58,290 bases of DNA from Rubrivivax sp. (GTDB taxonomy: Bacteria; Pseudomonadota; Gammaproteobacteria; Burkholderiales; Burkholderiaceae_C). The notes under the pieces were generated by a model. That model was not told the origin of the DNA and made no database searches. It was given only the letters and a program-made list of their open reading frames with translations. The position numbers and the translations under genes are program-made. The stretch spans positions 1 to 58,290 of the forward strand of contig JBIQKU010000001.1 of assembly GCA_044506225.1 (NCBI GenBank). The letters are read 5' to 3'. Positions within the stretch are counted from its first letter, which is position 1. Every line of letters starts with the position of its first letter. This document shows positions 19,096-28,049 of the stretch, piece after piece.

Positions 19096-19186
19096 ATATG
19101 CAGGAGTCTATATCCCGATCGTCCCGTCCATGCGTCACTGCCCTAGGGCGTGGCGCGAGTTTCGTTATGCGTGGTCATATATTTCG
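19096..19186. promoter_or_regulatory. Candidate ModE operator(s) and modA promoter region
   Basis: AT-rich islands in a GC-rich intergenic region upstream of modA. CGTTATgcgtggtcATATATTTCG at 19163-19186 reads TATAT-N7-CATAA on the other strand (ModE-type consensus TATAT-N7-TAYAT). ATATgcaggagtcTATAT lies at 19096-19113. Confidence 0.4.
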
Positions 19187-19198
19187 CTGCGCGCCAAC

Positions 19199-19618
19199 TC
19201 AGGCCGTGCGGGGGCCGAGCGGCTGCGCGCGAGCGGCCAGCCCGCGCCATTCGAGCCCGGCCAGCAGCAGCACGACCAGCGCCTGCGCGATGACGAACAC
19301 CTGGCCCAGCAGGCCGATGCCGTCGACCATGAACAGCACCGCCACACTGGCCGCCGCCCAGCCGAGGTTGCCGGCGACGATCAGCCGCACCAGCGCCGGT
19401 GGCGGCGGCCGGCGCCGCCCGGCGATGGACATCAACAGCGCACACGGCAGCAGCAGCAGGCCGGCCACCGTCAGCAGCCGCCCGGGCAGGCCCGTCCAGG
19501 CGGCGATCAGCGCGGACAGCCCGAGCAGCAGCACGGCCATCGCCAGGCAGGTGGCGGCATCGAACAGCAGGACGGCGCCGAGGCGGGAACGGTCGGTGGA
19601 GAGGTTGGCGGAGGTCAT
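19199..19618 (-). CDS. Hypothetical small integral membrane protein (about 4 helices)
   Basis: ORF 19199..19618 (139 aa). Strongly hydrophobic with coding-like GC3. No recognisable family. Confidence 0.55.
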   Translation of the reverse strand: MTSANLSTDRSRLGAVLLFDAATCLAMAVLLLGLSALIAAWTGLPGRLLTVAGLLLLPCALLMSIAGRRRPPPPALVRLIVAGNLGWAAASVAVLFMVDGIGLLGQVFVIAQALVVLLLAGLEWRGLAARAQPLGPRTA

Positions 19619-19706
19619 CTGCAGGCTCCAATGAAAGTGAGGTGTCTGCAGTGTGGGCAGCGCCCCGCGCAGCGTCGATGACCTCGGAGGTCAAGCCCGG
19701 TCGCCT

Positions 19707-20045
19707 TCAGAACGTGAGCCGTGCGCCGACGTAGACCGAGCGTGGCTCGCCGGGATGCAGGATGGCGGCGTCGGCCGCCGCCATGTCGCGCACGCTGAAC
19801 ATCGAGGCGTAGCGGCGGTTGCCCAGGTTGCGGGCTTCGGCATGGACCTCCCACCGCTTGCCCATGTAGCCGGCGCGCAGGCCCCACAGGCGATAGGCGC
19901 CGACTTCGTAGGTGTTGCTGAAGGCGGCATGCGCCGGCGCCGGCGCACCCATCACGACCGCGTGCGCCACCGGCATCCAGGCTTGCGCCAGCCACGCCAG
20001 CATGGCGAAGGCAAGACGCAGGCGGATCGCGGCGCGGCGGGTCAT
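19707..20045 (-). pseudogene. C-terminal remnant of a TonB-dependent outer-membrane receptor
   Basis: ORF 19707..20111. The last ~70 aa (YRLWGLRAGY..WEVHAEARNLGNRRYA...RSVYVGARLTF) are the final beta-strands ending in the canonical terminal Phe. Plug and most of the barrel are absent. Confidence 0.65.
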
Positions 20046-20168
20046 GGCGAGGCGATGGGGTAGAGGCTGGCATGCAGGGGTTCGCCCCGGTTTTCGCCGC
20101 TGCCTCGGCAAACCTACGATGCGCGGGCTTTTCCACCCGCCCCACGGGCGCCCTCAAAGGAAGACACG

Positions 20169-21380
20169 ATGATCGGCATCAGCATCACGGAAAAGGCATG
20201 GGACGGGGTGCGCCCGTCCAGCGTCAAGAAGACCGGACTGAGCGAAGCCATCCGCAGCTTCATCAAGGTGTCGCCGAAGGGGACGCCGGGCACGCCCAAG
20301 GCCTTCGACGATGTCACGCAGGCCATCATGGCGTTGTCGGCGGCCATCGCGCAGACCGAGGCCGCGGTCAAGAAGGCCACGGACGACAAGAAGGGCGCGG
20401 CGGCCAAGCTCAAGGCCTGGAAACAGGAATGCGCGAAGGCCGCTGGCGCACTGGCAGACCAGCGCGTGCAGCTCGGCGTGCTCAAGGCCAGTGTCGAGGC
20501 CGACAACCTGCTCAAGACCAGGACCGCCGAGGTGGACGAGGCCATCCGCGCCGGCAAGGCGCTGGTGTCGGACATCGGCTCGGGCAAGCTCACCGATGCC
20601 AAGAAGATCGCGGTCGGGCTGCAGGACCTGCGCAATGTGATGCGCGACGGCATCAAGGTCAGCCAGAAGGACGGCTTTGCCGAATACATCCGCACGCAGC
20701 CCGAGGTGCGCGCCTGGGGTGTCGACCCGAAGAAGGTGCCGCTGCCGCCGAACGCCAAGCTGATCAAGGCGAAGCTGCCGCTGCTCGAGAAGGTGGCCGA
20801 ACAGGCACGCATCGCGGCCACCCAGGCGCTGGAGCAGTCGTCGAAGTCGCGCACCGGCAGCGCCGCCGACCTCGCCAAGGGATTGGTGGCCGACTACCGC
20901 AACCTCGGCAAGACCATCAAGTCACGCATCAGCCAGGCGAAGCAGTTCAGCGCCAATGCCAAAGGGCTGGGCGACAAGTTCAAGGCGGTCATCGCCAAGA
21001 ACCCGCCGCACGACAAGCTGCTGGGCGAGCTGACGAAGTTCCACGCCATGGTGTTGAAGTACGAGGACATCTGCCTGAAGGACATCGCCCGCGGACGCGT
21101 GAGCTCGGGCGACATCCAGGCCAAGCGCATCAAGCTGCGCAATTCGCTCGACAAGGACTCGAAGGAGTACCGCGAGTTCGAGGCCATCGCCAGCCAGGAG
21201 TGGAACCTCATCATGGTGACCCACCGGGAGGTTTCCGAAGAGCTCGGCAAGGCCTACCAGCAGGTGGACCGTGTGGCCCGATTGGTCGGCGCGATGTCGC
21301 CGGCCGCGAAGACGGCAGCGGCAAGCCAGGAGAAGAAGTTCGCGGCCGAGCGCCAGGCGCTGCGAAACAAGTACCAGTAG
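20169..21380 (+). CDS. Hypothetical Lys/Ala-rich all-helical (coiled-coil-like) protein, no signal peptide
   Basis: ORF 20169..21380 (403 aa). AAGGAAG before the ATG and coding-type GC3. No motif recognised. Confidence 0.65.
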   Translation: MIGISITEKAWDGVRPSSVKKTGLSEAIRSFIKVSPKGTPGTPKAFDDVTQAIMALSAAIAQTEAAVKKATDDKKGAAAKLKAWKQECAKAAGALADQRVQLGVLKASVEADNLLKTRTAEVDEAIRAGKALVSDIGSGKLTDAKKIAVGLQDLRNVMRDGIKVSQKDGFAEYIRTQPEVRAWGVDPKKVPLPPNAKLIKAKLPLLEKVAEQARIAATQALEQSSKSRTGSAADLAKGLVADYRNLGKTIKSRISQAKQFSANAKGLGDKFKAVIAKNPPHDKLLGELTKFHAMVLKYEDICLKDIARGRVSSGDIQAKRIKLRNSLDKDSKEYREFEAIASQEWNLIMVTHREVSEELGKAYQQVDRVARLVGAMSPAAKTAAASQEKKFAAERQALRNKYQ

Positions 21381-21555
21381 CCGCCAACGACCTGGCACCA
21401 ACGGCACCCGATCGATGCCCAGGTCAACGAGCGCTCGATCCGATCCACGAATGGACGACGCCAACGAAGACCGCGACCAGCTCCCCTGCTGACGCGACCC
21501 GTCATCGCACGGCGCGTGTGCCCCGAGGGGCGCGGACGAAAGAATCCAACCCGCG

Positions 21556-22002
21556 CTACTGTCCGGCCCGAGCGCGAACTGCCGCTCCGTCGCGGCGACC
21601 CGCTTCGGCGGCGGCCTTTCGCAGCCATCGATCGGCACTTGCCTTGCCGTCGGTGCGGGTACGACGCTCGTATTCGGGCAACAGCTCGCGCTTGCGCTGC
21701 TCCATCAGGCGCCGCTTCTCCGCTTCCACCACGGCTTTGTCGAGGCGACGCTGAGAGCTTGCGGGCGCGGGACCGTCGGCCGACTTCATCACCTTGCCGT
21801 TGTTCTTGCGGCGCTGCGCTTCGCGGTCGATCCAGTCCGGACCATCGCCGGTGCTCTGATTGCGCATCATGGTGTGCTGCTGCATCAAGGCGGCTTGGCC
21901 GCCGGCGTCGAACGCGCTCGCCGGGCCGGCAATGCAAAGCACGCCCGCAACGGTCGATGAGGCGGCAAGGCGGACCCAGAAACCGGTCTGCAAATAAGCC
22001 AT
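21556..22002 (-). CDS. Hypothetical small secreted basic protein
   Basis: Last 148 codons of ORF 21556..22446. ATG 22002 preceded by GGAGAA. Signal peptide ending ASA-FD, followed by an Arg/Lys/Glu-rich helix. Confidence 0.6.
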   Translation of the reverse strand: MAYLQTGFWVRLAASSTVAGVLCIAGPASAFDAGGQAALMQQHTMMRNQSTGDGPDWIDREAQRRKNNGKVMKSADGPAPASSQRRLDKAVVEAEKRRLMEQRKRELLPEYERRTRTDGKASADRWLRKAAAEAGRRDGAAVRARAGQ

Positions 22003-22354
22003 CGGTGTTCTCCTTCGGGGGCAAGGCCGACCGTACCCACGCTCAGCCTGCAGACGTGTCGCAGAGCGTACGCAAGCGCAACCGCTTGCACGATGCGCCA
22101 ATGTCTCGTACGCATCTCCGGTGTTGCCGGCGATGACGATCAGGCGCCAGATGGGTGCCCTCTTGGCGCGCTTCCCGTGATCTGCACCAAATCGACGGCG
22201 GAACAAGCGTCTGTCAGCGACGTGAAGGCGGAAAGCTCTCATGCTCCACGTCGCGCTGACGGGCCAGCATACCCACGAGAGTTGAAGCAGATCAGAAGCG
22301 GATCGGCGGCTCAGGGCCGGGCCACAGCTGGGCTGGGGAGGGGCCACAAAGCAG

Positions 22355-22378
22355 AACGCCCACTGTGAAGTGGGCGTT
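22355..22378. other. GC-rich stem-loop (9-bp stem, 6-nt loop) in an orphan intergenic region
   Basis: AACGCCCAC tgtgaa GTGGGCGTT. No gene ends next to it on either strand and there is no clear U-tract. Confidence 0.5.
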
Positions 22379-22436
22379 TGCTGCTGGCCGAAGCCGTATT
22401 GGTTGGTTGCGGGGGCTGGATGGTTATGAGAACAAC

Positions 22437-22470
22437 CCGGATCCATGTATGCTCGTCGACATAAATCCGG
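22437..22470. other. Extended imperfect inverted repeat in the lower-GC junction upstream of the giant recombinase gene
   Basis: CCGGAT-cc-ATGT-atgctcgtcg-ACAT-aa-ATCCGG. A second small hairpin, AACGT-gatctt-ACGTT, lies at about 22474-22489. Confidence 0.5.
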
Positions 22471-22586
22471 CTTAAACGTGATCTTACGTTGAAATCCAGG
22501 GGATTCGGCGAGCTCTCAAGCACGACGGCGAAGCCCGATTTGCGCCGCACGCGGCCGGTTGCTGACAGTAAACCGCTCCGCCGCAC

Positions 22587-25500
22587 ATGGCGCACAACGC
22601 TCTCCCAGCGACCTTTGGTCAACACGCGCTGCACTCCACCGATGTTCTTATCGGTTGGGCTTCGGCGCGCGGCGTAGCCGCTCCGGCGCAACTTCTCATC
22701 GATCTCCTCGGCGCGCGAGACGCTCGCGTCGACTACCTCGGAACGATCGTCGAGCGACTCGCTTCCGTAGCACCGGTGCTCAGCGCGTGGTCCGAGGAAG
22801 CCGTGGAGTTGCACGGCCTGGCCCGGTTGGCGAACGCAATTCGCGCCGACGGCGCGGACCTTGCCTCTCTTCCGCGCCGCCGGACGTTCAACCCGGTGAT
22901 GCAGGACTTTCGAGGCCAGGCCGAAACGCACTACCTATATATGTGCTGGGTGGTCCACGGCCCGGTGGGGGAGCGCGCGCTCGGGTGGATCAACGTCGTG
23001 CGGGCCTGGCTGCTCGTGCAGGCGCTGATGCGCACCGACCTTGGCGTTTGGCTTGACGACCTCCAGAAGGAGGCCTGCCTGAGGGTTCGAGAGGCGTGCG
23101 AGGAAACTCAGGACGTTCGATGGCTCGCAGCCATCGAACAGTTGCAGACGCCAAGCGACGACTGGTATCGCCTGACGCAGCATCTCCACGGCGCGGTCGA
23201 CCGCTTCATCCAAGCGCCCGGCGAAAAGGGATACGCCCAGCGCCGGAATTGGCTACTTGTTCTCAGGCGCATCGCCGCCGGCGATTCAAGGCCACAAGAG
23301 AGCGATCGGACCGACCAAGGGGCAGCACCGGAGGAATCGCGCGACCTGCCCCAGCTTGATGTATCGGCGCTGGCCGGCGGACAAATCGACGACCTCGTAC
23401 TTGTCGAGCAGGCCGTTGGCACAGGAAGCTGGGACGACGCTGAGCAAGACGACTTCGATGGCGCCGACGTCGTCGCCATCGATCCAACGGAGGCGCCGGC
23501 ACTGGCGCATGAAACCGCCAGGCAGATCCAGTTGCTGTCAGGCGCCGACGTCCGGCTTCTCGTGTGGGACTGGTATGTCCTGACGCCACCGGAGCAGGAC
23601 GCGCTGCAGCGCCTGATTCGTCGTTCGTTGGGCGCCACCGAACCCTCGGGCAGGGTGATCGCGGCACTGGTGGATCTCGCGCAGTGTCTCGGTCGTTCCC
23701 TCGAGATGGTGGGCCGCGTGCGCCTGCTTCGAGGCGAAGCTGACCCCATCGGCGAAGAGTGGGCAGTCGATATCGACAGCGGCAGTGTGCGGCGTGCATG
23801 CCCTCGTCGCCCCGCGCATTGGCGGCCCGGCGACCGCGAGCGTCCCTTCATCAACGAGTTCGCAGACGTTCTGACCCTTCGGCTGCCACCCGGTACAGCA
23901 GATGTCTTGCGCGACGCCGGGGCCCGAGCACCAGACAGCGCAACCGTCGATCAACTCTGGCAGGCGCTGCACCAGGGTCCACTGGAGAGCCAATTTCGCA
24001 AGTGGTGCGCTCAGGAGCCGTCACTTCGACGTGTCACGCAGGGCATGCTGTCGCAGACCTTGGCGCGAGCGTTCTTTGAGCGCAGCGGCGATCACGTGGC
24101 GGCCCGACTTCTTGCCTCGGCTCCGCGCAGCGGCCTGCCGGCGTCGACCGCGTATACGGCATACCTGGCATCCGACCTGGCGCCGGGTCTGCCTGCGGTT
24201 ACCGCGCCTTGGAGTGCGTTGAACGTGGCCGGGGGACTGATGGATCCCGCTGGCGACTTCCTCAAACGGGGATTCGCACGTGCGCACCAGGATCTCGTTT
24301 CACGGAGCAGCACGGCAGACTTCGTCGGCTTCCACAACGCGGTGACGCACTACTGGGATGCCGTGTGGCGGGCGGCGACAGGTATCCGGCCTTTCACCCA
24401 GCGCTGGACGGACATCAACCTAATCGACCCGACGCACGGCTTCGTGGTCGTGGATGACAAGTCCTCCCTTCAGGATGCACGAACCCGTTTGGTCCCGCTG
24501 GTCGGCGGCCTGTGGCAACGGTTTGAACGCTCGTACATCCAACAGCACCTGCCCGTGTTTCACCGTTGGCTGGAAGCGAACGGCGTACGTGGCGACCTAT
24601 CACTTTCCACGGGAGCGGAACTCCAAGCGCAGCAGCGCCCTTTGATGTTTGCACTGGTCGCGGAGCGCGGCTCCGTAAGCGCTGTACCCATCGGGTCGCA
24701 CACGGCGCCGATGCCGCCCGAATCGCCGTTGCCGCCCAACGTCTATCGGCATCGCGTGCGCACCTCGCTGCACCGGCAAGGGGTCGATCCGGAAGTGATT
24801 GACTCGATCCTGGGACACCAGGATGGCGCGACGGCCACGCATGGCGACTATTCCATGCGTGTGTGGCGTGATGACATGCAGGCGGCCTCCGGAGCCCTGC
24901 GAGACATCTTCGACGAGCTGGAGATTCGGGATCCGCCGTTGTATTTCGGCGAGCTGACGCCACTGTCGCCATCGAGCTGCCCAACGTACCAGCCACTCGA
25001 AGTGCCGTCGGCGCGCACGGCTCAACGCTCCGGCCCATCATGGCGTTTGCGGCTGCGTGCGGCACGCACGGCCCGGCGAATCATCACCCAGGCGCTCGCG
25101 CCAGCAGTCGATGGCGTACCGCCTAGCCAGTCGGCACTGGCAAAGCAGCTTGCCGATCTGGATGCCGACGCATTGAACCGGCTGTCAGCCCGACTGGCCA
25201 CCTCACCGAAGGGCACGCCCACGATCCTAAGTCCGTTGCGCTATGCCTATTTTCTGCGGCTGTGCGATCGCGCTTGGCGGACTTCCGACAAGCGACCTTC
25301 GCTGCGTCGCCGATTTCTATGGCGGCCCCGCGACGCATCACCCTATCGCGCCGAGGCGGCCAAGGCTCTAAGCGTCAGAGCAGCGCTGAGGAAGGAATTG
25401 GAGTCGGCGCTGGAGGGGCTGACTCCCTCGAAACTGACACGAACGGATGCGCTGTGGCTGGCGCTATTTGATCTGAGCCTGTGCAGCGGTGTCGCTGACG

Positions 25501-28049
25501 CTGTGTTGCAGGCGGTCCTGATCGAGGGTAAGGCGATACGGCTCATTGAGCTCGAAGAGCACGCCTATCTCGAGTGGAACTCGGAGGGGCAGGTCGACAC
25601 GGCCCGAAGCCCCATCCAGCGATTGCGCATCACCTCCTGGTCCGCCCACGCCCTTCACAACCTGATGCAGGCACAGCGGCGGCATGTTGACTGGCAGTCG
25701 ATTCCGCCGCAGCGCTTCGACGTCCTTGCGCAGATCCTTCGAGACCACGGTCTGCTCGATGGCGTGGGTCTGCGCGCAGTGCTTGCGGCCTTGAACACCG
25801 TGGTCGATCAGTGCAATGTGATCGAGCTGCCAGGAGCGATCGCTGCGCATCTCGCCGGGCGTGTGCGCAGCGCGTCGTTGCACTGGGGGGACAAGCTGGC
25901 CCTGCGTCGCGGGGATCGCTTTGATGCCAGCACCCTGATGCGCGCGACCTCAGTGGACCGCACAGAGGTGACAGACATCAGCGGGACCGTCTTGGCCGAC
26001 GATGCAAGTAACGAGCTCCAAGAGCGACCAACCGTTGGATTGCCTGTTGCAACCACGGTCGCCAGAACTCGGGCCCAGATCGATGTCAGAGATCTGTTCA
26101 GGCAGGTGCGGGCGGAACTCGCCCTGGCAGAACACGAGCGTCAAGCTGCCGGTGCGAAGGCAACGATTCGAAGGAGCGCAGGTAGAAGAATCAACGCACT
26201 GGCCTCAGCGACTGGCTGTAGCGCCGTGACATCGTTGATCCACTGGTGCGCAAGTCTTCTGGTTCGACCACGGGGACACGGTCTGCTGGCGATTTCCACG
26301 GTCAGACGCTACTTCGCAGCCCTTTCGCCGCGGTTTGAAGCTGCGTCGTACGCGGCCGATCTGCTGTCCATGGACGACGAAGAGATCGCGCAGCTGTACG
26401 CCAGCATGATGGACCTGCCACCACAAAGCGCAGCCGACTACGCCTACGCTCGCCTGCGTGATTTTCATGGGTTTTGTGAGCAGCGGTTCGCACTTCCTGA
26501 CATCGACTGGAGTGAGGTGGCACCGGAGAAGACCGCCAAGCTGGCCGCGCCGGGCTACGTGCATGAACGCATGTACCGGTGCCTGTTGATCGAGATTCGA
26601 CGCGCTGCGCCATTGCCGACCGCGCATTCGCGTACCGCGGCACAGGCACTCGCGGTCCTGGGCTACCGCTTCGGGCTGCGCGGCGCCGAGGCCTGCGGCC
26701 TGGAGATCGATGACTGCCACTTCGACGCGACGCCGCCGTGGCTGAGCGTCCAGAAGAATCGGCTGCGCGAACTGAAATCGCCCGCCGCCCGACGCACCGT
26801 TCCGCTCTTGACGCGCCTGCTTCCGGTTGAACGGACCATCCTGGGCCGCATGCTGAACGCGGCGCAGCAAGCGACGGCGGGCTTACCGAACGCACCGAAG
26901 TATCTGTTCCTCGATCCCCAAGGCGCCGGCGAATTGCTGGACCGTGGCTTGATCAAACGCACGGTCAACGCGCTGATCAAGGACGTAACCGGGCAGCGGC
27001 ATCTCTCCGTGCACCATTTGCGTCATAGCTTCGCATGCAATGTGTGGGACGGCATTACGGCCGCGCGAGTCCTTGCTGCTGACGAAGAGGGCTCAACCCG
27101 AGCCGCTACGCTGCTGGGCCAGCGCCAACAACTCGGTGCAACGCGGCGAGCACCCTGGGCCTTGGCGCGCCTCATGGGGCATGCCCACCCACGCACCACG
27201 CTGTTCAGTTACGTCCACACGCTTGGCGAAGCCGCCGAACGGCTCGCCTTTAAAGGTCCGACGCGTGATTGGAGACTCCCCTCCCACGCTTTGCTGCAAG
27301 TGGGCCGGCTGCAGCCTCAGCCCAGGCCTCGCTCCCAAGGTACGGCCGCGCAGGACATGCTGAGCGGTGCGCAGGCGTTCTCCATGCTGATGGCACTCGA
27401 TCGCGGCACGCATGTCGAGCGTCTGCCGTCACGGTATCCGGTCACCTTGCAGGTGGCACGCCGGATCGAGCGAATACGCCAGGAGGTGGTCCGCCGCTGC
27501 GCCCGCACGGACGAGATCGCCGAAGTCGGTCTGAGCCCCCGGGCCGCGGCCTATCTCGTGCACCGTGGCATTCTTTCGCACACGACTCGGTCACGCGGGC
27601 CAGCGCTGCGTGCGGCCATCGACAAACTCTTCACCGCGCAGAATCGCGCACGGCTCGCAGAAGTTCGGATCACCGAGGAAGAGTTTCGCGGCCTGTTTGG
27701 CTCAAAGCGAAACATCTCGATGTTTCGTGCCGCGCAGTTCCAACTGCTGCGCCTGGTCCAGGAAGTGATCGGCATCCCGCAGGCGCAGTTGCGGCTGGCT
27801 TGGCGGCTGAACGCCAAAGTCAAGCGAGGCGCGGTAGCGTCAGGGTGGCTGACGCCTTCCGCACCCGACGAGCACGACGAGCGCGGTGTCGAGTTCGACC
27901 GTGTCCGATTCGACGGCAACCCGGTTGAGCATCGCGTGGTCTTCAGCCTGCAGCGAACTGAGCAGGGACCGATTCGGAATCGGTGGGAACTGATTGCAGT
28001 CTTGCTGTCGACGATATCGCTCCTGACGTTCGAGGCGGAGCGTGATTGA
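22587..28049 (+). CDS. Giant (1820 aa) protein with two complete tyrosine-recombinase catalytic domains in tandem
   Basis: ORF 22587..28049; a TAA at 22569 excludes an earlier start. Domain 1: R601 (ATGIRP), K625, H722-x-x-R725 (YRHRVR), H744 (LGH), Y755 (GDYS). Domain 2: R1365 (GLRGAE), K1397, H1476-x-x-R1479 (HHLRH), H1532 (MGH), Y1542 (FSYVH). Confidence 0.8.
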   Translation: MAHNALPATFGQHALHSTDVLIGWASARGVAAPAQLLIDLLGARDARVDYLGTIVERLASVAPVLSAWSEEAVELHGLARLANAIRADGADLASLPRRRTFNPVMQDFRGQAETHYLYMCWVVHGPVGERALGWINVVRAWLLVQALMRTDLGVWLDDLQKEACLRVREACEETQDVRWLAAIEQLQTPSDDWYRLTQHLHGAVDRFIQAPGEKGYAQRRNWLLVLRRIAAGDSRPQESDRTDQGAAPEESRDLPQLDVSALAGGQIDDLVLVEQAVGTGSWDDAEQDDFDGADVVAIDPTEAPALAHETARQIQLLSGADVRLLVWDWYVLTPPEQDALQRLIRRSLGATEPSGRVIAALVDLAQCLGRSLEMVGRVRLLRGEADPIGEEWAVDIDSGSVRRACPRRPAHWRPGDRERPFINEFADVLTLRLPPGTADVLRDAGARAPDSATVDQLWQALHQGPLESQFRKWCAQEPSLRRVTQGMLSQTLARAFFERSGDHVAARLLASAPRSGLPASTAYTAYLASDLAPGLPAVTAPWSALNVAGGLMDPAGDFLKRGFARAHQDLVSRSSTADFVGFHNAVTHYWDAVWRAATGIRPFTQRWTDINLIDPTHGFVVVDDKSSLQDARTRLVPLVGGLWQRFERSYIQQHLPVFHRWLEANGVRGDLSLSTGAELQAQQRPLMFALVAERGSVSAVPIGSHTAPMPPESPLPPNVYRHRVRTSLHRQGVDPEVIDSILGHQDGATATHGDYSMRVWRDDMQAASGALRDIFDELEIRDPPLYFGELTPLSPSSCPTYQPLEVPSARTAQRSGPSWRLRLRAARTARRIITQALAPAVDGVPPSQSALAKQLADLDADALNRLSARLATSPKGTPTILSPLRYAYFLRLCDRAWRTSDKRPSLRRRFLWRPRDASPYRAEAAKALSVRAALRKELESALEGLTPSKLTRTDALWLALFDLSLCSGVADAVLQAVLIEGKAIRLIELEEHAYLEWNSEGQVDTARSPIQRLRITSWSAHALHNLMQAQRRHVDWQSIPPQRFDVLAQILRDHGLLDGVGLRAVLAALNTVVDQCNVIELPGAIAAHLAGRVRSASLHWGDKLALRRGDRFDASTLMRATSVDRTEVTDISGTVLADDASNELQERPTVGLPVATTVARTRAQIDVRDLFRQVRAELALAEHERQAAGAKATIRRSAGRRINALASATGCSAVTSLIHWCASLLVRPRGHGLLAISTVRRYFAALSPRFEAASYAADLLSMDDEEIAQLYASMMDLPPQSAADYAYARLRDFHGFCEQRFALPDIDWSEVAPEKTAKLAAPGYVHERMYRCLLIEIRRAAPLPTAHSRTAAQALAVLGYRFGLRGAEACGLEIDDCHFDATPPWLSVQKNRLRELKSPAARRTVPLLTRLLPVERTILGRMLNAAQQATAGLPNAPKYLFLDPQGAGELLDRGLIKRTVNALIKDVTGQRHLSVHHLRHSFACNVWDGITAARVLAADEEGSTRAATLLGQRQQLGATRRAPWALARLMGHAHPRTTLFSYVHTLGEAAERLAFKGPTRDWRLPSHALLQVGRLQPQPRPRSQGTAAQDMLSGAQAFSMLMALDRGTHVERLPSRYPVTLQVARRIERIRQEVVRRCARTDEIAEVGLSPRAAAYLVHRGILSHTTRSRGPALRAAIDKLFTAQNRARLAEVRITEEEFRGLFGSKRNISMFRAAQFQLLRLVQEVIGIPQAQLRLAWRLNAKVKRGAVASGWLTPSAPDEHDERGVEFDRVRFDGNPVEHRVVFSLQRTEQGPIRNRWELIAVLLSTISLLTFEAERD

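Noticed and set aside
22401-22436. tRNA 3'-end-like string (reverse complement ...CCAGCCCCCGCAACCA) that might be an att remnant
   Set aside because: No T-arm (GGTTCGAATCC-type) with correct spacing to the acceptor strand can be drawn, and no matching copy was seen at the right end. It is kept only as a note inside the junction finding.
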